A DNA stretch of 64,000 nt from Mobula birostris (taxonomy: Eukaryota): NCBI RefSeq assembly GCF_030028105.1, contig NC_092377.1, positions 4,593,079 through 4,657,078 on the forward strand, written 5' to 3'. Positions 35,701 through 47,700 of this stretch are shown here, piece by piece. The number at the start of each line of letters is the position of its first letter. Position 1 is the first letter of the stretch. The position numbers were made by a program, and so were the translations under genes. The notes below the pieces were generated by a model that saw only the letters and a list, made by a program, of their open reading frames with translations, was not told where the DNA came from and ran no database searches.

Positions 35701-38700
35701 ACAGAGAGTTGGATGGTTTTTCCTGGAGTGTAAACTGGGAACAGTTGGGAAATGGAAAAGTGGGAAAGGACAAGTACTCTGGAATTATATAAAAAAGTCT
35801 TGGCAAATCATTTTGTGGATGAACAAGTTTTTCTCTATACCTCAGTACGTGTGACAATAATAAACCAATTTACTAAGAGCTCGCCCTGTGGGTGTGAGTT
35901 GTCAGAACTGGACAATGTTACCAATCGGAAAAACAGTCAGAGCAAGTGGATGGGAGATGAGGATAAAGTGATGTGGGTTGTATTCTTTAGACATGCCGTG
36001 GGTTACTCATAAAGACATATATTCTGGAGGAACATAACTAGAACTTTTATTTAACAGCAAACAGCAACCACATCTTAACCATACAAGCTTCTAGATCATT
36101 CTGTCAGTTCTGCCCATAGTCCGACTTTGTCCAAACACGTACTGATACATTACACGTGATGTCACCACATCTTCCTCTCCTCAAAAAGAAAAACAGTTAG
36201 CAACATTAATCAAAACAAATGCATATTTAACATGTCTCTATCAGTCTCTCTGGGGGTTTATGAACACAAATAGACCTTCTAAGTGGCTCACACAGTTCTT
36301 GTGTTTCATTGTTATTTTCATGTTTCGTTTGGTCTGTACCAGTTAATGGAAACTCCAAAGTTGGCTCTTTCTTGAGGTCTTTGGGAGGAAATTACAATTC
36401 ATTCATTAACTTGTAATCTCTTTTTTATTGAGACTTCATCATTTCAATAAAACTTCTCAATTCCTTCACGTGTTTTCGCTTCTTCAATTGGATCCTGATT
36501 CTTGTCACTCTTTGGCTTCAGATCAATATTGTACTGTACCGGAATGTTTTGTTTTTGGTGGCAATGCTTTATCAGATGCTGGTAACAAAGGGATGGGTCT
36601 GGGATTTTTCGTTATGACTTTTACTTTTGCCGCATTGGAATAAAAATCTGTTCTCTCTCTTTCTTTCATCAAGACACTGTATTCTGATTCTATGTCACTG
36701 TCCAGGACTAATACACTTTTCACCAAATTCAGTCTCTCACAGACAGATAAACCAAGTATTGACTGTACGTTCTTAGGGACGACCACAAATGAAAGCGTGT
36801 GCACAATATTTTTGTGTCATACTTTTGCCTCACATGTTCCTTTAACTGGAATGTCTGCACCTGAATACCCAGTCACTTTTAGATTTGTCTGATGTAACTT
36901 TGGTTTTGGTTTTAATGCATTAAACTCAGATTCTGCAAGAACATTTACTTGTGCACCAGTATCCAGTTTAAACAGAATAATGTTTTGGTTCACTTGCAAT
37001 GGAATAGTCCAGTCATTCTTACTTTGTTTGTTTTCACAAAGCACATCAATATAGAACTCCTCAAGTTCATTTTCAAGCACAGTATTTATGCATTTTATTT
37101 CCTTTCTACTTCTGCATGTTGTGTTGGGCACATGGCCAAGTGGTTAAGGCATTCGTCTAGTTATCTCAAGGTCGCTAGTTTGAGCCTCAGCTGTGGCAGC
37201 GTGTTTGTGCCCTTGAGAAAGGCACTTAACCACACATTGCTCTAGTGTCTGTGCGAGGAGTGGCACCCAACATAGACTTCCAATCTGCGCCTTGTAAGGC
37301 ATGAAAATGCTCGATGCAGGCTTCTCATGGTCTGAGTCGACGTTCCCTCCCTACTCCTGCAACAGTGTGAAAAATGATTATTCTTACCACAGTTGTTGCA
37401 CATTTTCCGATATGCTAGGCACTTTTTGAGGTCGGTGCTTCCACCCATAGCAATCACATATTTTTTTCCTTTCAGATGACGCCTTGCTCGCTGTCAGTTC
37501 CACTGCCATTTTATGATTTTTCGTAATACGTTCACGCCTTACAGCCTTTACGCTGCCGTTCTTGATAAAAAGTTCTTTAGCCAGCAAAATCACAGTCTCC
37601 AAAGCTTTGCAGAGCACCACAGCTTTTTACAAATTCAAATCTTGTTCTAACAGTCTTTCTCCCAGACCGTTATCCTGAATTCCGCAAACAATTCTGTCTT
37701 TAGTGAGAGAGTCTGTAAGCTCTGCAAACTCGCATGTTTTGCTGCGGTTTTTCAACTCCCTAACAAATTGATCAATCGTTTGATCAGGTCTCTGCTGACA
37801 TTTGAAAAAATTGTACCGTTCATACATCACATTATGCTTCAGTATACAAAATGTGTCAAATTTGTTGATCATCGCTTTTAGATTCAAATTATCTCCATTT
37901 TCAAAAGTAAAATGGTCATATTCCTCAACTGCGTCATCCCCAATCATGTGGAGTAGGATCGCAGCTTTCATTTTTTCCATTTTGTTTTCTGCTCCAATCA
38001 CCGATAATTAAATTTCAAATTGCTGTTTAAATCTCTTCCAGTTTTCAGCAACGTTTTCAGTCAGCTGAGGCAATTTCGGAGGTTGCAGGACTTCCATTTT
38101 TTAAAGCTGTTAGCAAACAATGAAAATGTTCGCGCACTTTTTTCCCCAATTATCTTCGCTTCTCCCGTGTTAGTGAAACATGTTATTTTTCCAGACTGAC
38201 TTCTGACACCATGTTATGTTCTTTAGACATGCCATGGGTTACTCATAAAGACACATATTCTGGAAGATCATAATTAAAACTTTTATTTAACAGCAACCAG
38301 CAATCATGTCTTAACCATACAAGCTTCTAGATCATTCTGTCAGTTCTGCACATGCTCCGACTCTGTCCAATCACGTACAGACACGTGACACGTGATGTCA
38401 CCACAATGTGTGTAAAAGAAATAGAATAGACTGGCCATTAAATTCAAAGTAAGTAAGAGAATACAATTAATGACAGAAGGAACATCATTAGAGTCATTAA
38501 TTCATAGAAAAGTACAGTAGGTCCTTCAGCCCATCTAGCCTGTGCTGAACGATTTAAACTGCTTACTCCCATCGACCTGCACTGAGATTTCCGCACCCTG
38601 ATCATCCATGTACCTATTCAAACTTCTCGTGAACATTGAAATCGAGCTTGCATGCACCACTTGTGCTGGCAGCTCGTTCCACACTCTCATGATCCTCTGC

Positions 38701-41700
38701 GTGAAGAAGATTCCCCTCATGTTCCCCTTAAACTTTTCACCTTCACCCTCAATCCATGTCATCCAGTGGTAGTCCCACCCAACCTCAGCAGAAAAAGTCT
38801 GTTTGCATTTACCCTATCTATACACCCCACAATTCTGTATACCTCTAGCAAACCTCCCTTCAATTTTCTACATTCTAAGGTATGAAAACCTAACCTATTA
38901 AATCTTTCCTCAGAGTTCAGGTCCTCTCGTCCTGGTGACATCTTTGAAAATCTCCTCTGTACTCTTTCAAACTTATTTATATCTTTCCTGACGAAAACTA
39001 CACACAATACTCGAAATTAGTACTCACCGGCATCCTATACCACTTCAACATAACATCCCATCTCCTGTACTCAATACTTTGATTTATAAAGACCAATGTG
39101 CTGAAAGCTGTCTTTATAATCCTAAACACCTGTGACGCCACTTCCAATGAATTATCAAACTGTATTCCCAAATCCCTTTGTTTCACCACACTCCTCAGTG
39201 TCCAGCCCTTGCACTTGTCTGGATTAAATTTTATCTGCCACTTTTCAGCCCATTTTTCCAGCTGGTCCAGATCCTACTGCAAGCTTTGATAGACTTCCCT
39301 GTTGTCCACTACACCCCTAGTCTTAGTGCCATATGTAAACCTTCTGATCCAATTAACCACATTATCATCGAGATCTTTTATACAGATGAAAAGTGACAAT
39401 GGACCCAGCACCGATCTCTGTGGCACTTCACTAGTCACAGACCTCCAGTCAGAGGGGCAACCATCTACCACCACTCTCTAACTTCTCCTACAAAACCAAT
39501 ATCTAAACCAATTTCAAACAAGGGAGAATCTGCAGATGCTGAAAGTCAAGTTAATACACACAAAATGCTGGAGGAACTCAGCAGGCCAGGCAACATCTAT
39601 GGAAAAGAGAAAGTCAACTTCTTAGGATGAGACCCTTCATCAGGACCAACTTACACTAATTGGACTAATCAAATTTACTACCTCATTTTGAATGCTGAGC
39701 GAGTGAACCTTCCGGACCACCCACCCATGCAGGAGCTTTTCAAAAGTCTTGCTGAAGTCCATGTAGACAACAACCACTGCCTTGCTTTCATCAACATTCC
39801 TGGTAACTTCCTTGAAAAACTCTATAAAGTTCATTAGACACAGCCTAACATGCACAAAACCATGCTGGCTATCCCAAATCAGATCATACCTATCCAAATA
39901 TTCATATATCCCATCCCTTAGAGTACCTTCCAATAACTTACGCACTTCTGATGTCCGGCTCACCTGTCTATAATTTCCTGGTTTATTTTCAGAGCCTTTC
40001 TGAAACAGTGGAACAACATTAGCTATCCTCCAATCCTCCAGTACTTCTCCGGTCACTAAGGATGATTTAAATCTCTCTCCTATCTGTTGCGGTTTCTGCA
40101 CTTGCCTCTCACAAGGTCTGGGGGAACACCTTGTCAGGTCCTGGTTGTCCCTTACAATCCTTCTGCTCCTAACATATCTGTAGAATCCCTTAGGATTCTC
40201 CTTCACCTTGTCTACTAGGATGAGCTCATGCCTTCTTTTATCCCTCTTGATGGCTAACATGAGAGGGCATAGGTTTAAGGTGCTTGGAAGTAGGTACAGA
40301 GGAGATGTCAGGGGTAGGTTTTTATGCAGAGAGTGGAGGGTGCATGGAATGCACTGCTGGCAGCGGTGGTGGAAGCAGATACAATCAGGTCTTTCAAGAG
40401 GTTCCTGGATAGGTACACGGAGCTTAGAAAAACAGAGGGCTGTGGATAACTTAAGGTAATTTCTAAAGTAAGTACATGTTCAGCACAGCATTGTGGGCCA
40501 AAGGGTCTGTATTGTGTTGTAGGTTTTCTATGTTTCTTTGAGTTTTCACAACCTACACCTGTTGGTTAAAATGAGAAAAATTCACTAACGTTGCAGAGGA
40601 GGTCATGATAGAAACTAGACAGGGTTACTGATGTTCAAACTTCAACTCATTCAGAACACCACTGCTGGACTTCTAAACAAAAACCAGGATGGAGAGCATA
40701 TCACTGAATCCTAGCTACTCAGCATTGGCTTCCTGTATCTACTAGAAATGATTTTAAAGTTCTCTTACTTGTTTTTAATGCTCTTAATGGTCTGAGACCG
40801 GAGTACCTCACAGAATCATTTTTGTTTAGTAATCCAGCTCAAGCTCTCTGGTCTTCTTCTGCTGGTCTCTTAAATTTAAACAATCTCCCTTAAAAGGTAA
40901 TTGGCAGATCACCTTTTTTGAACTATGTTCTTAAACTGTGGAATTCAGTTCCTAAAACGATAAGAATGCAGACTCAGTGGATGCCTTTAAACACCAGATC
41001 AAAACCCATTTACTTAACCATGCTTCTAATCTATTTTCATGATTATATTTATTTTTTATTTTCATCTTTGTGCTTTATCCCATTGTCGACATTTTCTGTA
41101 TGAAAAGTCCTCTTTAAATAAGTTATTACTATTATTTTTATTATTATTGGTCTCCACGATGTCTTTCCTTCGGTACAATAGCAGCACAGTAAGTCCATCC
41201 TTCACACGGCGCTCTCTCCCTTACTGACTGTTAATGAGATGTCTCAGGGAGAACTATCGGCCTCCAGTGTTCACATATTAAACCTGTCATTCAAAGGACA
41301 ATTCACATTACCAATGTTAAACTCTACCTCAATCTGTGTTATTTTTCAGAAGCAGATTACGGTTGGTCTTGGAAAGTCTTGGCCAGTATTCTCGCCGGTA
41401 TCCTCGTACTCGTCCTCTTATTCTGCATCTTAGTAACAACAATATGCTATGTGAAAAAACAGGCATGCTTTCAACAGAGATTGAAGCCAGAAGGGTAAAT
41501 AACATTTTATTTTGTATCTTCTTTCAATAATATTGAATCAAACATGGTTGGTAAAGGAATTGAATCTGAATGAAACAGTGGGAGAACACAGAAGCTCGAC
41601 CAGGATGTTGTCTGAGGTGAAGCAGTTCCGTTGTGAGGAGAGACTGGAGAAGCTGGGTCTGGTCTCCATTAGGCAGGGGAGCTCAAGGGGGACGATTGAG

Positions 41701-44700
41701 GTGTACAAAGTTATGAGGGACATATGTAAGGTATAGACTGCAGAAAACTCATCCCCATATCAGGGGTAGATAAAATTCGAGAACATGCTCTTAAGGTGAT
41801 TGGGAGGAGACTCAGAGGGGATGTGCCAGGGCCTCTTCAACCCGAGAGCAGGAATACCAGAACACACTGCCAGAGAGAGTGTCAGAAACTGGGTCACTGA
41901 CAGCACTAACAATGAACACTTAGGCAGAGAGGGCGATGGACAAGGTGCCAGATGATGGGGTTACTATGGAAGAGTCAGTATTGGTCGGCATGCAGTGCAA
42001 ACACATAAAATTACTGTAAATTCAAAATAAAAAGTGTGAAACAATGAATAACAAAACTGTCAATAGGCCATTCAGAAATCTGATGGCAGACTTTAGAAAC
42101 CATTTCTGAATCCCTAACCTTAACAAGTTTAAACAGGAAACACCAGGAGACTGTCTTACAAAGAGCAGATCGTTCAAGTAAAACACAAGGAACTCGAAGT
42201 GATTATAAAGTTTCATTAAACAACAATTAACCAATTCAGGTGCTTGAGAAACCTGGGAGCCCAGTGCTCTCCAGTGCCCCACACAGGCCAAAGAACTCAT
42301 TACAGACGGTGCTACAAGAGCCTGAAGACACACACTCAACATTTCAGGGACACCTTCACCTCTGCCATCAGATCTCTGAATGGGCAGTGAACCCTTGAAT
42401 TGTACCTCTATTTATTTTTTTCTTGCTCTGTTTTTGCACAACTTAGTTAACTTAAAATTATATATATACTTCTTATTGTAATTTATAGTTTATAATTATT
42501 ATGCATTGCAATGTATTGCTGCCACAAAACAACAAATTTCATGACATATGGCAGTGACATTACACCTGATGCTGATTCTCCCTGACGGGAGTAACAAGCA
42601 GGAAGATGTCTGGATGACATATGCCAGTGATATTAAACCAGATTCTGATTCTCCCTGACGGGAGTAACAAGCAGGGGGATGTCTGGGTGGTGAGGGTCCT
42701 GAATGGTGGATGCCGCCTTCTTGAGGCACTGCTTCTGTAATAGTCCTCGATGATGGGGATGGTTCTGTTCCCCAGCTGGCTGAGTCTACAACCCTCTTGC
42801 AATGTGTGTGTGTTGGAGCCTCTCTATCAGGCTGTTGTACAACGAGTCACAATGCTCTCCACCATCTCTCTGTAGAAATTTGCAAGAGCTTTTGGTGACA
42901 TACCAAATCTCCTCAAACTCCTATTTTCGTTGAACTGTTGGCATGTCCACTTCATGTTTGGATCAATGTGTTTATTTATTGAGATAAAGTGTGGAGTTGG
43001 CCCTTCCAGCCCTTTGAGCCACGCCACCCAACAAACCTCTAAATTTAATCCTAGCCTAGTCAGGGGATAATTTGCAGTGACCAATCCAATTCCATCAGGA
43101 GTATCAAAACGTATGTGAAACAGACAACTGCTACTTTCACAGAACTTCAATACACTGGAAAAGATAATCTGAATAATTTAACTTCTGGTAAAGTTGTCAA
43201 ATTGTTTTTAAGACATTAACAACTATCATATAGCTAATTCACTAACATTATCTTCACTGTTTACCCAGGTGCTCTACTGAATATCAGGAAACAGTGTATG
43301 CCACAGTCACAGGTAAAAAGTTCATTTCAGTGCTCATATTGAGAATTACTTCACATGATAGTTATGTTCAACAATGATTCCCAATGCAGGACAAGGGAGT
43401 AATCAATTGTTTCATCATCCTCAACAGCAACTCCAGTCCTGCCTTTTCACTCCTCTTCAATATATGCAGACAAATAAACATTCCTCATCCTCTGAAATAG
43501 AGAAGGATAAAGATTCAGAAGCCACATTAAAGAAAATTCTTCACAACTTTATCCTAACTTACTGACAGTCAGACCATACCAAGAGATTGAAATGGAATGA
43601 AAACCTCTACTCTTTTAAGATTTCAATTCCAATCAGATCTTGTATCGAAACAATCCAAACTTAAGCACTCAATATCTGCTTCAAATCAGAGGACAGCTTG
43701 CTCTAGGGCACTGTCACTGACTGGCATACAATTAATCTTGAGTTGACTTTTAAAAAATTCTCAATTCATGCACATTTTCTAAAGTTGGTTCCCATTAGTG
43801 CAAAATTAATAGCAGAAATTTCCCAAGAACAATAACATAAGATCATAAGATATAAGAGCAGACATACACTGATAAATCAATAATCTTTCAACCCCTGCCT
43901 TAAATATACATTAAACTTGGCATCCACAGCCACCCATGGCAACGGGTTCCACAGATTCACCACCCTCTGGCTAAAGAAATATCTCCTCATCTCCGTTCTA
44001 AAAGAACGCATGAGCAAAGACTTTCAAATTCTCATCCACTTGACCTTGGTTGAACTCAGACCTGTGATCATGAGTAAACTAAAGAACATACAATAAATTC
44101 TTTGATTAATCCTTTACTCCCAGTTGAAAAGTTTATGGAATAGCCAGCTGAAAGCAGCTTTGCATTGAAGCATTAGCCTGCAAGGTGCTGCACATGAGCC
44201 AAACAAAATGAGAGCCCGTGGTCTTACAGGACAGATACGGACATGGGTAGAGCATTGGCTGACTGGCTGGAGGCAATGGGTGGGAATAAAGGGAGCGTCT
44301 TCTGGTTGGTTGCCAGTAAATAGTGGTGTTCTGCAGGGTCTGTGTTAGGACCCCATCTTTCCACATTATATGTCAACAATTTGAATGAAGGAATTGATGG
44401 CTTACTGACCAATTTTGAGAACGATACAAAGATAAGTGGAGGGGCAGGTAGTGTTGAAGAAGAAGGGAGTCTGCAGAAGGACCTAGTCAGATAAGGAGAA
44501 TAGGCAAAGAAGTGGCAGATGAAATAGTGTCAGGAAGTGCATGGTCATGAACTTTGGTAGATGGAATAAAAGTTTAGACTATTTTCTAAACTGAGAGAAA
44601 AATCTGAATTCTGAGGCACAAAAGGACTTGGAAGTCCTTGTGCAGGATTCCCTAAAGCTTCATTTGCAGGTTGAGTCAGTGGTGAGGAAGGAAAATGTGA

Positions 44701-47700
44701 TGTTAGAATTTATTTCAAGAGAATCAGAATATAAAAACAAGGATACAATGCTGAAATTTCATAAAGCATTGGTCATATCACAATTGGAGTACTGTGAGCA
44801 GTTTTGAACCCTTTATCCAAGAAAGGATGTGCTGACATGGGAGAGAGCCCAGAGGAGATTCATGAGAACAATTCCAGACAAGAAAGGGATACTGAATGAG
44901 GAGCATTTGATTCCTCTGGGCTTATATTTGCTAGAGTTTAGAAAAATGAAGGGGGATCTCATTGAGGGGGAACGTGCTATCCTAGATCTGGTCCTGTAAA
45001 ATTAGTGAGACAGGTAAAATTAGTGATCTAGTAGTTAGGGACCCTCCTGGAATGAGTGATCACAGTATGACTGAGTTTCTGATACAAATGGAGGGTGCAA
45101 TAGTTTGATCTAAAACCAGTGAATTATACCTGAACAATGGAGACTACAATGGGATTTGGCTAGTGTCGACTGGGAACACTGGGCTAAATGGTGAGACAGC
45201 TGAGGAACAGATTTTACACGGAGCTCAGCAAAAGTGTATTCCAGTTAAAACCAAGCACAGTAAGGGTGGAAGAGCCAGCCTTTGATAGCTGAGGAAATAA
45301 AAGAAGGCATCAGACTAAAAGCACGTGCATAGAAAGTCACCAAGAGTAGTGGGAAACTGGACGATTGGGAAAACTTTAAAAAGCAACCAAGAACCTCTAA
45401 GGGAGCAATAAAGAAAGGGAAGCTAAATTATGAAAATAAACTTGCTCAAAATATAGAAACAGATAGTAAAAGTTTTTATAATTATATAAAGTGGAAAACG
45501 GTGTCTAAAGTGAATGTAGGTCCCTTGGAGGACAAGAAGGAGGAATCAATATTGGGTATTAAGAAATAGCTGAGGCTTTGAATGACTATTTTGTGTTGGT
45601 CTACATGGAGGAGGACATGTCTAAAATGAAAGATGTTATGGAAGCAATGGGAAGTGAGGCCCTCAGTACAATAGCTATCATTAAAGACATAGTGCTGAGC
45701 AAACTTATGGGCCTGAAGATGGACAAGCTCCCTGGTCCTGATGGAATGCGTCCCAGGGTACTGAAAGAAATAGCAGAAGTTATAGCAGAGGCTTTAGTGA
45801 TGATTTACCAAAATTCTCTGGACTATGGGCAGGTCCCAGCAGAGTGGAAAACAGTGATTGTCACGCCACTGTTCAAAAAAGGTTGCAGGCAAAAGGCAGG
45901 TAACTATTGGCCAGTTAGTTTAATATCTGTAGTTGGGAAAATGATTGAAGCTATCATTAAAGACGAAATATCGAGGCATCTGGAATGAAATGGATCCATC
46001 AGGCAGATGCAGCATGGATTCAGCAAAGGCAGGTCTTGTCTGACAAACTTACTGGAGTTCTTTGAGAATATAATGAGTTCAGAGGATAGAGGGGAACAGA
46101 TAGACATTACTTACTCGGATTTCTAGAAGGTGTTCGATAAGGTGCCACATAAAAGACTTATCCATAAGATAAGAATGCATAGAGTCGTGGTGATGTATTA
46201 GCATGGATAGAGAATTGGTTAACCAATAGAAAGTAGGGAGTTGGGGCACATGGGTGTTACTCTGGCTGGCAATCCGTGGTGAACGGTGTGCCGCAGGGTA
46301 CGGTGCTGCGCAAGCAATTGTTCAAGATATACATTAACAATCTGGTAGAGGGGACCGAGTGTAGTGTATCTAGGTTTTCTGATCACACTAAATTGAGTGG
46401 AAAAGCAAATTTTGCAGAGGAAACAGAGAGTCTGCAGAGAGCTATAGCTACGTTAAGTGAGTGGGCAAGGGTCTGGCAGATGGAGTACTACGTTGATAAA
46501 TGTGAGGTCATCCACTTTGGAAGAAAGAATGGAAGATAGGATTATTATTTAAATGGTGATAAATTGCAGCATGCTGTTGTGCAGAGGGACTTGGGAGTGC
46601 TTGTGCATGAATCGTAAAAGGTTGGTTTGCAGGTGCAGCAGACTACCAAGAAGGCAAATGGAACATTGGCCAGGGAACCAGGTTGAGGCCCATTGCATTT
46701 ATCAGCTATAGTCTGTCGCCCTCTGAGAAAAACTATCCCACGCACAAGCTGGAATATCTGGCGTTGAAATGGCCAGTGGTAGCTAAGCTGAGTGACTACC
46801 TCTACGGCGCCAAGTTTGAGGTGAGGATGGACAACAACCCCCTAACTTATATCTTGTCTTCAGTGGAAGTGGATGCCACAGGCCATCGGTGGTTGGCGGC
46901 GTTGTCTGCCTGTGATTTCAGCCTGAAATACTGGCCGGGAAGCAGGAACATCGATGCTGATGCTTTGTCCTGACGGGCGCACGAGGGACTGGACAGGATG
47001 AGGAGTGAGAGAGCGTTCCTGCCCCGGGGGTGAAGGCCATGTGTCAGTTTGCCATCACCGTGAAGGCAGAGGGAAAGGAGAGGCAGGATTGAGCGGTGGA
47101 TCAATTGGGAGCTTCTGTTGACACCATTCCCCAAGATTACCGTATCTTGACTGCTCTGAAGACAAATCAGCTGCCGGAATTGAGTTCTGGGGAAGTGGCA
47201 GCTGCTCAGCGAGATGACCCGGGCATTGGTACCATTTAGGCAACCGTCAAAAAGGGAGACATGGATCAGTTGGAGAAGACAAAACATGCATCGGTGCCTC
47301 CATTAGTGTGAGAGGTCCTGGATTCAAATCCCACAATTGTAACTCTCGGTTCGGCTACCGGCTTAATCTAAGTGATGATAGCCCCCGGCCCAGCCAAACT
47401 TAAGAAATCTCGTTTGAGTGGATGCTGAGTGATGTGTCCCCTGTTACAAATCAGTACCACGAGATAACAAATGGTACACAATAAGCGATTAAACAGTTGG
47501 GTTTTATAACTCTTAATTCAACTATATAGTTAGTAAAGAAACAGAAAAGAGAAAACAGCTCATTCTCATGAAACAGTCTATTGCGCTAACGTTGGAGCTC
47601 ACTGATAAGCCATTCGTCCACCATCGACCTCCGATCGTCACTGACCTTCGGACCCTCGCTTCAAGTCCAATCCATCCGGCAGTCTACCAACTCTCTCCAT

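Larger units (their letters stand above)
25978..35858 (+). repeat. Intragenic segmental duplication, unit B (contains V4 and V5, plus a B-specific CR1/Gypsy insertion)
   Basis: Homologous to 9330-14661; similarity ends at gtgacaat (35851-35858 vs 14654-14661). Confidence 0.88.

Noticed and set aside
5292-35854. ORF-track starts and C-terminal extensions of the five V ORFs (for example SEYFVLVVFLV after V1, which looks hydrophobic)
   Set aside because: They run through consensus splice sites into introns and are not real N-termini or TM segments.
35601-41349. Search for a C1, C2 or I-set exon between V5 and the TM, as in PRARP, UrIg, SIRP or NITR
   Set aside because: The interval resolves into Gypsy, SINE, CR1, Penelope and L2 sequence, and I saw no Cys-Trp-Cys Ig pattern. 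A short or unusual exon cannot be fully excluded without RNA data.
42541-42690. 73-bp tandem duplication, plus (GA)n, (ATT)n and (CATAGT)n tracts elsewhere
   Set aside because: Local slippage or LINE-tail repeats. No spacer-repeat (CRISPR-like) organisation and no coding link.
47303-47332. Possible tRNA-Pro gene, and tRNA-like heads at 37117 and 51200
   Set aside because: Only partial tRNA sequence with no full cloverleaf; explained as an LTR-adjacent primer remnant and SINE heads.
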